In this document: positions 1 to 12,420 of the stretch, piece by piece
Layout of the letters: each line of letters begins with the position of its first letter
How positions within the stretch are numbered: position 1 is the stretch's first letter
Source of the DNA: Antedon mediterranea
Taxonomy: Eukaryota; Animalia; Echinodermata
Assembly (NCBI RefSeq): GCF_964355755.1
Contig: NC_092672.1
Coordinates: forward strand, 20,101,237 to 20,165,236
Reading direction: 5' to 3'
Length of the DNA: 64,000 nucleotides
The notes under the pieces: model-generated
The model's database searches: none
Seen by the model: only the letters and a program-made list of their open reading frames with translations
Told to the model about the DNA's origin: nothing
Made by a program: the position numbers and the translations under genes

Positions 1-366
1 TGTAGATATGGAAGACAACAAACAACTGACATACACCATTTTAAATCTCTATGTTTTTGTAGCCTCTTTATCTACCCACTAGACTAGACTCATTAATGTA
101 CAATATATAACATGTGATGGATCATGTAGATATGGAAGTCAACAAACAACTGACATACATCATTTTAAATATCTATGTTTTTGTAGCCTCTTTATCTACC
201 CACTAGAATAGACTCATTAATGTACAATATATAACATGTGATGGATCATGTAGATATGGAAGGCAACAAACAACTGACATACACCATTTTAAATCTCTAT
301 GTTTTTGTAACCTCTTTATCTACCCACTAGACTAGACTCATTAATGTACAATAAATAGCATGTGAT
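1..366. repeat. 124-bp tandem repeat, ~3 copies, possibly continuing left of the window
   Basis: Unit tgtagatatggaag...catgtgatggatca starts at 1, 125 and 249 with few substitutions. Confidence 0.95.
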
Positions 367-492
367 AGGAATAATTATTTCAATGTTGTTTATTTCAGGT
401 GCTTTTTTTTTTTTCCAATTTATATTTGTGTATGTTTTTTTTACAATCAATCATTGTGAGTTTATTTTAAATACTTAAATATTATTGTAAGT

Positions 493-618
493 GTTAAAGC
501 TTTGTACATTATATTATATACATTATGAAATAAAATGTGAATAAGATGATTTATTGTTAAAGCTTTGTACATTATATTATATACGTTATGAAATAAAATG
601 TGAATAAGATGATTTATT
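493..618. repeat. ~62-bp tandem duplication
   Basis: tgttaaagctttgtacattatattatatac(a/g)ttatgaaataaaatgtgaataagatgatttatt occurs twice in tandem. Confidence 0.9.
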
Positions 619-1338
619 TTTGTATATAGACAATTGTAAAAATGAACACATTTAATATTGTGTGTTTATATGATGTGGGATTTTTAGGTGGATGTGTGTT
701 AACAGATAACAATAGTGATAGTAGCAATAATAATGCACAGTTACAATACTGATAACAATGTAGTCACTCATATAAACAAATAAAATATATAAATATTATT
801 ATATAATTTACTTATATAATGAGGACATGTTCACCTAAAGAGTGTGAGTGCTGGCTGTGTACAGGCTGATAGTCATTAAATTGTTTACACAACTTTTACC
901 TGCTGCCACAATATTAGGTTAATTACATTTGGTATTTTAAGATGGAAATTATCGGCAATTTTGAAGCAATTTTTATATGAAGTTTAAAAATCCAATAAAT
1001 TGAAAGAAGAATACCAATCTAATATAATAGTTTTTGTATGTTTATTTTTCTGTAGGTAGGTTATGCAAACATTATGAATTATTCATAATGTGTAGTGCAT
1101 CAGCTATGTTTGTTATAATGGATTGCTATGTTTAAAAAAAATCATCAGAAAATCACTATATTAATTTATTTTGTGCATTATGAGAAATGCAGTTTATGGC
1201 TCAGCAAATGATGCAAACTAAGGGATTTAATGTATTACCAGTCTGTGGTACAAGGGTTGTTGTTATTGTAATTATTAGGCCCATTATTGACAGTCCATTG
1301 GGGGAAACAACAAAAGCTGAGCCGAAAATGGTTCTTAC

Positions 1339-2142
1339 CAAAGAATATATGTCACAAGAATGAGTAATCCGCGATTTTCCCTGTAACAGTAATATTGTCC
1401 ATGTGGTAGGGCGCCGCCATAAGTAAAGGATGTATACAACTTTTTGTGACGGTTACACTAATCTAAGCCTGCACCACCGATAGTATTTTCATGATAAAAA
1501 ATGTTATCAACTACATGCCAACATCATGTTAAATGCTGTTTGGATATTTAATTGTTCGTTTCATGCAATTTATGTAGTAAAAACTGCCGAATAAACAGTT
1601 CGCTTCATCAACCGGGCGTGAATTGATGTTTACGCGTTTTCACGAAGGATAGTTTAATAATATTTCTATATTTAACTTGTTTCTGGTATAACAAATAAAT
1701 GTTAATGAAATTTAACATTGTATCCTATTAATAACATGTATTTTATACTAATTTATATCTTAAAAACAATACTTAATTTACCGGGCGTAGATTAGTACGC
1801 GGCAATGGTAAAGAATAGGCCGTGCTGACTAACGCTTCGTTGATTTTTGGAGTTGCTGTTAGGCTTTTTTGTGAACTAATTTAGTATGGTAGTAAATAAT
1901 TTTCTGTAGAAGTGAATGTACACTACTTTGGTATTATATATGCATTATAAAATGTTTTACAATTGCAAAATATATTATCATAATTCTATTTAATCATAAT
2001 GTGACATGTATAATATCTATTAAATCAAGTCTTATTTAGTCTGTATACATTCGCATCCCATCTGAGGGCGAGCATCACTCTCTGTTACAAATTTATCATG
2101 CAAAAATCGCGGAATACTCATTCTTGTGATATATAATCTTTG
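1339..2142. mobile_element. Complete non-autonomous TIR element (MITE), P-element-like
   Basis: ~40-bp TIRs CAAAGAATATATGTCACAAGAATGAGTAATCCGCGATTTT (1339-1378) and its reverse complement with 3 mismatches (2103-2142). 7-bp TSD TTCTTAC at 1332-1338 and 2143-2149. CANRG ends with a 7-8-bp TSD fit the P superfamily. Confidence 0.8.
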
Positions 2143-2396
2143 TTCTTACTAAAATCTCAATAATCTCAAATCAACTGATGGTCGCCGACGTTGACATTCC
2201 GAACAGAATACCTCCGACTCGTTTCGTTGATATTTTGACAGAACAGACAATAAACTATTGGACAAAGCTACCTCGATTACACAAAACAGTACTGGTCAAC
2301 AGTCAGTATTTTTACAGATTTAAAAAACAAAGCTTGTGGATAAAGCAAAAGAACGATTCACGTGACGAGTAAAGGATCCTTTTCTTTACGAAGTAC

Positions 2397-3113
2397 CAAA
2401 GAATATATATCACAAGAATGAGTAATCCGCGATTTTCCCTGTAACAGTAATATTGTCCATGTGGTAGGGCGCCGCCATAAGTGTGGATGTATCTGTGATG
2501 TATACAACTTTTTGTGACGGTTTCAATAATCAAAGGCTAGACCACCGGTAGTATTTTCATGATAAAAAATGTTATCAACTACATGCCAACATCATGTTAA
2601 ATACTATTTGGATATTTAATTGTTCGTTTTATGCAATTTATTTATTAAAAACTGCCGTATAAACAGTTTGCTTTATCAACCGGGCGCTACGATAGCGTGA
2701 CCGGGCGTGTTGGTGTTTACGCGTTCACGAAGGATAGTTTAATAATATTCCTATATTTAACTTGTTTCTGGTAAAACAAATAAATGTTAATGAAATTTAA
2801 CATTTTATCCTGTTAATAACATGTATTTTATACTAATTTATATCATAAAAGCAATACTTAATTTACCGGGAGTAGAGTAGTACGCAGCAATGGTAAAGAA
2901 TAGGCCGTGTTGAGTAACGATTCGTTGATTTTTGGTGTTGCTGTGTTAGGCCTTTTTTGTGAACTAATTTAGCATGTTAGTAAATAATTGTCTGTAAAAG
3001 TGAATGTACACTAGTTTGTTAATAAATATGTATTATAAAATAGTTTACAATTGCAAAATATATTATCATAATTCTATTTAATGTGACATGTATAATATCT
3101 ATTAAATCAAGTC
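2397..3113. mobile_element. Second, right-truncated copy of the P-like MITE
   Basis: Same left TIR from 2397. Colinear with 1339-2031 up to attaaatcaagtc, then unrelated sequence. No right TIR found. Confidence 0.85.
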
Positions 3114-3589
3114 CTTACTTCGCCATATATCATAGAAGCGTCTATACAAAGTGGATTTTCAAAAACATTTTCATCACCGACGTCTGCATGTCTCGTGTAG
3201 TTTATGATGCGACAAGATATTGGTTTTCTTGGTTATTAGAACCGATTGTGACGCATGGAAACAACAAAACTGTTGAAACAACTCTTTCACTACTGTACCT
3301 TTGCGAAATGTGAATCGGAATTGGATCCGTGTACGTTGACGGTGTATGGCCGTTTTCTATCATATCACGACGCATGCATCAGAGAAAACGAAAAATAGGC
3401 GTGCATTAAATCATTGAAGACGGTACTCAAATTGTGACGTGTTGTGATGAATGCGATCGATGGGACGGTATGATTTATTTTTGCAAAGGTTAGATCATCA
3501 ACGTGTTGGTATAATATATGGTTCGGTTAAATCGTGGTACAGTACATGCTTTATAGATCGTAGCACCAAAGTACTTAATAACAATTGTT

Positions 3590-4600
3590 GGACCGTTGGG
3601 TTTTATCTTATATACATCTCCTATCTGTGATATCATTCGTAATCATAACGTCCTTATTCATGAATATGCCGATGATATACTAACCCAAAAATTGTTAATG
3701 ATTATCAAAATGCACTTAAACATTTGACTTCCTGCATATCCAAAATTAATGAATGGATGATTAGTAGGCTAATATGTTACAGTTAAATCAGGAGAAAACT
3801 GAGTTCTTTTGTTTTGGAAGTAATCGTGTCGCGCTACCAGATCTTGAATTAAAATTAGATAACAATATTATTATTCGTCCTTCAAAATGTTATTAAAAAC
3901 TCCAGGTGTGATGTTTGATAGCACTTTGAATATGTCCTCTCAAGTAATTGCTTTATGCAAGTCATTGAATTACCAACTCCGTAATTTGTCGTAAATATAT
4001 TACTAAGGCTTGGTTTTCACTAGCGACGCAATCTACGCAACGTAAGAAAATGCCCTTCCAGTCACTGTGTTTGCCCCCGCCTGCGTGAAATCAAACATAC
4101 GATGTTTGCAGCACTATTGCGTCGTCGGTTCCCACTTATGATTACGCAATACAGCACATTGCGTCGATACGTCTATGCGTTGCGTTCTAGTGGGAACCAC
4201 GCTTAAGGATGCATGCCAAAATCCTGTCCCGCCTTGACTATGCTAACTCGCTCTTGCTTGGTGCTCACGCCCGTGCTCGCGAAGTTGATCTTAAACGATT
4301 ACAGCGATTGCAGAAACAAGGCTGTGTTTGCGTGTGGACGATATCAGCCTTCGGATGGTTTATATTGAAATACCTCGATTGGCTTCATATAAAAAAAAGA
4401 ATTGTGTACAAAATTATTGTTTTTGTTCATAAATGTATTTACTCTGTTTCCGTTATACCTTTTTTTATTTAACCGTGATCCGCTTTCATTTAAATTCGAC
4501 TTCTCTCCTCTAATTGATCCCACCCGACTTTTCGTTGCACTAAATAATAGGCGTACTAGTGTTGTTAGGCGCTCTGTTCATTGTAGAGGGCGCCTATACG
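3590..4600 (+). mobile_element. Degenerate CR1/L2-group LINE ORF2 fragment (RT C-terminal half)
   Basis: Frameshifted translation gives GPL..ILY, HEYADD, CISKINEWMIS(N)MLQLNQEKTEF, GVMFDSTLNM and ILSRLDYANSLLLG...LKRLQRLQ...LDWLHIKKRIVYK, all typical of L2/CR1 RT. Confidence 0.85.
4007..4203. mobile_element. PIF/Harbinger-type MITE inserted in the LINE fragment
   Basis: Imperfect TIRs GGCTTGGTTTTCACTAG.GACGCAA / TTGCGTTCTAGTGGGAACCACGCT. TAA TSD at 4004-4006 and 4204-4206. Confidence 0.8.
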
Positions 4601-5361
4601 AACTTATAGAATAGAATATAAATAAATATTGTTTAGAAACGTGAAACTTAAACAGATCTGATATCAATGATCAGTGGCCTCTTGTACCTGACAATGATGG
4701 ATGCAGCCTGTTTGGTTCTCATTGCTTTTTCTCAGTGGGTGGAAACGTATAGGAAGGTGCGTTCCAACTCTATTTTGGTTATCCAGAAACAATTCCCGTA
4801 TCGGATGAGTGCTTTCAACGATGTAAAGACGTGGCAGTATGTGAGCCTATGTCGGTAGAAATCTTGTCGTATGCGACATGATTTGAATATCGTATACAGA
4901 TGTGTGCCTGTTATCGTATGTTTGTGATACATCGTATTCTTATTTTGTTTTCTAAATAAAACTTTCTAGCCAAAAAATAAAAAAATTTGTCGTATGCAGA
5001 TGTGTGTCTCTTATCGTATGTTTACAATGTTTTAATATTTCTGTAATAACAAACTAAAAATCGTATTTTAATTTTTTCAATTATTTGTTATCTTTTTTTG
5101 ATTTCTTACAAAGATGGGGATAATGTTAAATTGAAATTCATGAAAGCGCCTTGATTGATGCAAGCATGCAAATGTATTAGACATCGGTCATAATAATATT
5201 ATTGACAATGGTGCGTGCAATACTGTTCTTGATAATGAAACAAACATTAAATTAACATAGCTAAACTATTAACAAATCGATGGTCTTTCTCGTTATGCCT
5301 GGGGAAGCGATATGGAAACGGTAGTAAAACAGTGTTAGAACATTGATCCCAAACAGGAATA

Positions 5362-5955
5362 ATGTTGCTAAGATACGAAAAGGAAAAGCAGAAAACTCAA
5401 AGCATAGAATACTTTGAAGAGATTTGCAAAAGAGTTGTGTTGACCAGAGGCTATGAATTGCATAGAGCCAGGCACTCATCGTTTTACAAATATTTATCGT
5501 ATACATCTGTATACGATAATCAAATCAATGGCACGTTGTTCCCAGAGCAGATTTACGGATTTCGAAAAGTATTGAGTTTCATGCATCAAACTATAGCACA
5601 GCCAGAAGATTTGTTGAGAAAACCGATATTGAAACTGAAAAGGACCACTTGGCAGTGCATCAAGAGCGTAGACTTTAAGGTTGATTTTGGCGAATTTAGA
5701 GAAAACGCAAACATTAACGTCTTAACCATGTATCATAACGTACTGGGTGGTATTAAACGTGAAATGAATAGAAAAGACAGTTTCCTACCAAACACTCTGT
5801 TCGATGTCATAGAGAACATTAATGTGCCACAGGGACTCTTGTGTCTTCCAAGGTCTTTTATAGCAGCCACACAGATGGCTATGCAAAAGGAATATAAATC
5901 TACCATGAAGAAATTACATCCCCACGTGACACCGGAGCTCATACAAGAATTATAG
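5362..5955 (+). pseudogene. 197-codon intronless ORF of unknown family, probably the remnant of a longer disrupted gene
   Basis: One of the longest ORFs in the window, with protein-like composition. The frame continues plausibly past the stop (AYATFTQSDILNDIRISERFCLKTAILFLLFGRL). No motif recognised. Confidence 0.45.
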
Positions 5956-6785
5956 GCCTATGCTACATTCACTCAATCAGACATTCTGAACGACATACGC
6001 ATTTCTGAAAGGTTCTGTCTAAAGACAGCCATTCTTTTCTTGTTATTCGGTCGACTTTGACATTCGACAGAACGTGAAAATCCCTTTATATGCTGGGATG
6101 AGGAACATAACCGACTTGAGGAGGAGCCAGCGTTTTCCGGGTTTTTTTTTAATTTGTACTTCAGCATTGTTGAAACATAGCTTGCGTGCTTTCTCACATA
6201 TATAATAAACATATACCTAATAATAGTTTTTTATAATTTTTGTTTCATTAATGGCTTTCAAAATCATCATAATGACAGAAGATGAATGTCGATAGTATTC
6301 GACAGAACAGAGTCTTTTTCAATGTACTAAGCAATGTGGGATGGTAAAGAGCTGGAACAGATTTCAAGAGTTTCGTCCCGACGATTAAGATCGTGTAATG
6401 AGTATCCAAGTACCAGTTTCGATTCATGAAGCCTAACGGATTTTCATGTTTGCCGAGAGTGATGGTAGACTGGTATTTGCCTTCAAGGACGTCACCATGT
6501 ACGTTGTTACTTTACAGACGACTTTGAAGAGCACTTTACAAACAGGTGAAATGATGGATACACCAAGAAATTTGAAGTTAAGTCAACGCGTTTGCTAAAC
6601 ACCTGTTATCGTGCCAGGGAGTGATTTACGGCAGCGAAATCTGTCAGCCGATGTTGTGTGGACAGTATGTAGCCGAACGTTCATCTATAAAATGGACCAT
6701 GAAACGGCAAAAGATAATTGCTCACGTAAACAGCATGCAAATATTTGCTTGGAGAATGCTACCAAATCGAGTCGTTGAAGGCTGT

Positions 6786-8310
6786 CAGGATGCATGTGTT
6801 CTCTGCAAAATGTATCATATGCTTCACAAAGAAGATAGCGTTATTCCATCCATAATCCGTACACGTTACCTACATCTTTAATAAGTCGTTTGTTATACAC
6901 AGTTCATTGTTGCTATATTATTATTCATGGAGAGCACTCCCGGATCACTTCATTATTTCTTATAGTATATTTTGAAACAATTTTAAATAATACAATGTTT
7001 AACCAGGTTTTATATTGTTTCTATATATTTGGTATTAATGAAAATAATGTATTTGTTATGTATATTGGAAAAAATATATAAAAAGAAATATGATTTACAA
7101 TATTATTTAAATTATTTGTACTGTTTATAAATTGACACACGCACATACAAAGACGCAGACAACTGATGGGTAAACTTTTTCTTTGATTAGAAGAATTAAA
7201 TATTGGATTTGATATATAATAATTCTAATTTTTGTTAATTATAATCACAGACAAAATGAGATTTTAGGCTATAGTAATCATTCATAATACCGTAAGCACA
7301 TTTGTCATAAATGTAGGCCATACAACATTGGAATGTCGGTCCTTGACTCGCTACGGATTACCGTAGGTTAGAGCAGCCTGTTTACACGTATGGGCGTAAG
7401 CCATGGCGTGGGCATTGCGTAGCCTACGCCTTGCGTGTGAAGGCATTTACTACGCCACGTTCGTGGCGTTAGATAACAAGCCTAACGCTGTGTCGTTTGT
7501 TCCACAGTCCATTGTTTCTTGATAATTTATTTATTCAGAGAACACCGGAACACATTTTTTTAAATAGTATATTTCTAAACATTTTTATATAATACAATTT
7601 TTAATAACCAGATTATATATTTTTATATTTTGTAATGACCAATTGATGATTATTTAATTTGTAGGCCTATATTGGACAAAATAAAAATAAAATATATTTG
7701 ACATATTATTATTTGATATAATTTAACGTACGCACATAAAGAGACGCAGACAACTAAACTTTTACTTTGATTAGAAGTAATAATTGTTTATTTGATTTGA
7801 TATAATAATTCTAATATTTGCTACGTCTACTCTAAGACCCGTAAGGTCCGTATTAATGACTGGACTATCTCTGGATTTAGTCTGGACAATCTTTAGTCCT
7901 GGACTAAACCAGTATTAAAATCGGCAAAAGATAGTCATGAATACGGGCCAATGTGATTGTGGCCTACACTTAACAGGTCTGCCTCATTATTTAAGCCCTT
8001 AATTTCAAAACTGAACTTGTCATGTCACACAACAAAGCGGCAAGTACGCCACCAATATTTTGGAACGTAAGTGATAACAGTTATCAGACATTCAAACACT
8101 CTCCGTTTATTTAAGTGTTGATATACTATTTGTTAGCAAAGTGTATTTAGAAGTGATAGTGAGTTGAAAATTACAGTAGGCCTGTAAAGATGGTCTATGA
8201 TTGTGTAAATGCTATTTTAGGAAACAAATGCAAACTTTGTCTTGCTAGTACTTAAAGATGTATTGTCCCCCAATAACATGAAAAATAAAGATTAATTAAA
8301 TCAGACTTTG
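6786..8310. repeat. Local segmental duplication, copy 1
   Basis: Near-identical to 8831-11018 from caggatgcatgtgttctct to gattaattaaatcagact. Lacks the ~200-bp segment at ~10412-10608 and has one 62-bp unit instead of seven. Confidence 0.9.
7845..7949. mobile_element. Small Harbinger-like MITE (paralog at ~10286-10391)
   Basis: TIRs GGTCCGTATTAATGACT / AGTCATGAATACGGGCC, preceded by TAA. The right-hand TSD does not match. Confidence 0.6.
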
Positions 8311-8830
8311 AATAGATTATTTTATATTAGATCAGTATATTATGCTAGTATGGTTTATTTTAAACTTCGGAGTGACGAATAAAGAATCTATGTATAGGCT
8401 GGCAAGTCTTGGGAAGCGTGTTATTATTTGTATTGATTCCACGGTATCAGTTGACTTTAACAAATATTCTGCCTTCCCCCTTTTACAAATTACAGATATT
8501 AATAGAACTACTAGGGCAGTTCTTTGATGTCCCATGTTCGCTGTATGTGGCCTGTACAATACAGACAAATAAATAAATAGATAAACGGTACAGCTTGAAA
8601 CAAAAACAAAGGGATAAAACTCAACTGTAATTTAAAATACAATGGAGATCACGGTTAAATCAAAACAACTGTAGGCCTATACAGTTCTTGTGAGCTAATT
8701 ACAAATTACCGATCTCTTGACAATAAGTTAGTGTTATTTCTTTTGTCGAGAAGCTACTAGGCCTATATTTGGAAAATCACAAGAAGGGCAGGGCGTAGGA
8801 TTTGAATTGATGTCTGTACTTGAATTTAAA

Positions 8831-11018
8831 CAGGATGCATGTGTTCTCTTGGTAAAACGAAATCTGCAAAATGTATCATCTGCTTCACAAAGAAGATAGC
8901 GTTATTCCATCCATAATCCGTACAGGTTACCTACATCTTTAATAAGTCGTTTGTTATACACAGTTCATTGTTACTATTTTATTATTCATGGAGAGCACTC
9001 CCGGATCACTTCATATTTACGCAGTTCATTGTTGCTATATTATTATTCATAGAGAGCACTCCCGGATCACTTCATTATTTACACAGTTCATTGTTGCTAT
9101 ATTATTATTCGTAGAGAGCACTCCCGGATCACTTCATTATTTACGCAGTTCATTGTTGCTATATTATTATTCATAGAGAGCACTCCCGGATCACTTCATT
9201 ATTTACACAGTTCATTGTTGCTATATTATTATTCATAGAGAGCACTCCCGGATCACTTCATTATTTACACAGTTCATTGTTGCTATATTATTATTCATGG
9301 AGAGCACTCCCGGATCACTTCATTATTTACGCAGTTCATTGTTGCTATATTATTATTCATGGAGAGCACTCCGAAACACTTCATTACTTCTTATACAGTA
9401 GTATATTTTGAAACAGTTTAAAATAATGCAATGTTTAACCAGGTTTTATATTTTTTTCTATATAATTATTTGGTATTAATGAAAATAATGTATTTGTTAT
9501 GTATATTGGAAAAAATATATAAAAGAAATATATTTACAATATGATTTTAATTATTTGTATATAATTTGACACACGTAGGCCTACATACAAAGACGCAGAC
9601 AACTGACATGTAAACTTTTACTTTGATTAGAAGAATTAAATATTGGATTTGATATGATTCTAATTTTTGTTAATTATAATCACAGACAAAGTGAGATTTT
9701 AGGCTATAGTAATCATTCATACCGTAAGCATTAATCTACAAGCACATTTGTCATAAATGTAGGCCATACAACATTGGAATGTCGGTCCTTGACTCGCCAC
9801 GGATTACCGTAGGTTAGAGCCTGTTTACACGTCGTATGGGCGTAAGCCATGGCGTACGCATTGCGTAGCCTACGCCTTGCGTGTGAAGGCACTTACTACG
9901 CCACGTTCGTGGCGTTAGATAACGAGCCTAACGCTGTGTCGTTTGTTCCACAGTCCATTGTTTCTTGATAATTTATTTATTCAGAGCACACCGGAACACA
10001 TTTTTTAAATAGTATATTTCGAAACATTTTTATATAATACAATTTTTAATAACCATATATATTTTTTATATTTTGTAATGACCAATTGATGATTATTTAA
10101 TTTGTAGGCCTATATTGGACAAAATAAAAATAAAATATATTTGACATTATTATTTGATATAATTTAACGTACGCACATAAAGAGACGCAGACAACTAAAC
10201 TTTTACTTTTATTAGAAGTAATAATTGTTTATTTGATTTGATATAATAATTCTAATATTTGCTACGTCTACTCTAAGACCCGTAAGGTCCGTATTAATGA
10301 CTGGACTATCTCTGGATTTAGTCTGGACAATCTTTAGTCCTGGACTAAACCAGTATTAAAATCGGCAAAAGATAGTCATGAATACGGGCCAATGTGATTG
10401 TGGCCTACACTATGCAGTCATTCACAGTACGCATTAACCTCAACAACAGTCACTGATCGTTTTATATTTTAGTACATATAGATATAGATATCACATACAA
10501 GTTCATAAATCACATTTAGTCCAAAAATATCATAACCAGCAACTACAATTGAAAAACATTCATGTCAAAGAAAAGCAACTTACAAATATATTAATAAACA
10601 ACTTCACTTAACAGGTCTGCCTCATTATTTAAGCCCTTAATTTCAAAACTGAACTTGTCATGGCACACAACAAAGCGGCAAGTACGCCACCAATATTGGA
10701 ACGTAAGTGATAACAGTTATCAGACAGTCAAACACTCTCCGTTTATTTAAGTGTTGATATACTATTTGTTAGCAAAGTGTATTTAGAAGTGATAGTGAGT
10801 TTACAGTAGGCCTGTAAAGATGGCCTATGATTGTGTAAATGCTATTTTAGGAAACAAATGCAAACTTTATGTCTGTTCTGTTATACTAGTAGGCCTACTT
10901 TAACTAAAATCATTGGTAATGTTTGTCTTGCTAAAAGATGTTGCTAGTACTAGTAGTTGTACTCAAAGATGTATTGTCCCACAAAAACATGAAAAATGAA
11001 GATTAATTAAATCAGACT
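8831..11018. repeat. Local segmental duplication, copy 2
   Basis: Colinear with 6786-8310. Confidence 0.9.
8958..9390. repeat. 62-bp minisatellite, 7 copies
   Basis: Unit acacagttcattgttgctatattattattcatagagagcactcccggatcacttcattattt starts at 8958, 9019, 9081, 9143, 9205, 9267 and 9329. Confidence 0.95.
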
Positions 11019-11245
11019 AATAAAGTTAATCAATTCCGTAGGAAAAAAAATGTTTTCACTTATAAAATAACATAATAAATAGTTAAATTCAACCAAAAAT
11101 CCATTGGCTGGCAGCCAATTTGACCATTTTTGCTTAAATACATTTTTTCCAATTTATCCAAAAGTGGATAACTATCATGTGACATTAAATGGCATATTGA
11201 AAAAGTTAAAGTTAAAAATTATTTTTCAGGGGGGACAATACATCT
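10967..11245. mobile_element. Kolobok-type MITE (other copies at 8256-8330, truncated, and ~41937-42290)
   Basis: TIRs AGATGTATTGTCCC / GGGACAATACATCT. TTAA on the right (11246-11249), TCAA on the left, and TTAA at 8252-8255 in the paralog. RR..YY ends with TTAA fit Kolobok. Confidence 0.75.
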
Positions 11246-11799
11246 TTAAACTAAATTTCCTAGGTTTAATCAATTTAGTAGGCCTAGTATATATGGTCGC
11301 AATAAAGTTTATTTTGATTGTATGAGCATTAAGCGATTGATTATTCAAACTTTCGCTTGTCATTTAATTTAATTTAATTGTCATTTAATATTTAGTTTTA
11401 ATTGGTTAAAACAACGAAAGGAATGTGCTCACCCCCACAACTAACGTATGCACTATTTTCTATAAATCGATAACAGGCGTAAAATCAGAAGTAAAATAGG
11501 CATACAACTTATTTTTCTAAGCATGCAATTTGGGTAAAAATACACAAAATTTTTCAATAAAAATAGGTAGTCTGTGTAAAAAATAATATAAAAATATATT
11601 AGTTGTTAAGGTTTTTTTTAAAATTGTTGTCATATTGTTTATGGGGCCCTCAAAACGACAACAAAACATAATAATGGCATAAAAATGGCAAGGAGGCATT
11701 AATAAAAAGATTAAAATGTAGGGCTACAATAAAACAATGTTAAAAATTGGATTAATTAATATAAGTCATTGCAGTCATTTCCCAGGTACGTACTTCTCA

Positions 11800-12023
11800 A
11801 GATCCAGGTCATAGAATGTAGAGTCGCCCACCCACCCTTCTTCAGCAACAGCACAGTACACGTGTGTGATGGCATGATGGCTCATCAAAAAAAGTTCTCA
11901 AAATGAAACATGTATTTATATGGGGTGAACATGTTGTTACGTTTGTTACCGGTTATATTTTATGGTAATTAATAATTTATAGAACAGTGAATGTTAGGAA
12001 AAAATGGCGAAATAAATGTAAGG
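11800..12023 (+). promoter_or_regulatory. Candidate promoter / first non-coding exon
   Basis: Locally GC/CpG-richer. E-box CACGTG at ~11859, AAAATGGCG (YY1-like) at 12001 followed by donor-like GTAAGG at 12018. The link to the ankyrin gene is inference. Confidence 0.3.
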
Positions 12024-12060
12024 GTACACTCAGCTACTAAACTATAATTAGGTCTATTAT

Positions 12061-12420
12061 TAGGCCTAGCCTAGGCCTAGGCTAAATACTACGTACTAGC
12101 TAGGCCTAGCCCTAGGCCTAGCTAGGCCTAAGTGTCTGTAGGCCTACTTATGTAGGGTGATGTAGGCCTAAGGCTATACTACTAACTACTTTCTCTAGGC
12201 CTAGGCCTAAATACTAAATACTACTAACTAGGCCTAGTGTCTGTCTATAGGCCTAGGCCTACTAGTACTTATGTAAGTTGATGTAGGCCTAAGTAAGGCT
12301 ATACTATCTAGACAAAAAGGGTGCTAGAGTAATACATAGGAGGAGGAACAGGTAAGGCTGGACCAGGCCTAGTACAAGTTAGGCTTATAGCTAGCTAGAT
12401 ACTGTTTAGGCATAGCCTAC
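12061..12420. repeat. Low-complexity cluster of TAGGCCTA/TAGCCTA/TAGGCTA motifs
   Basis: For example taggcctagcctaggcctaggcta and tagctaggcctagccctaggcctagctaggccta. No fixed period. Confidence 0.85.
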
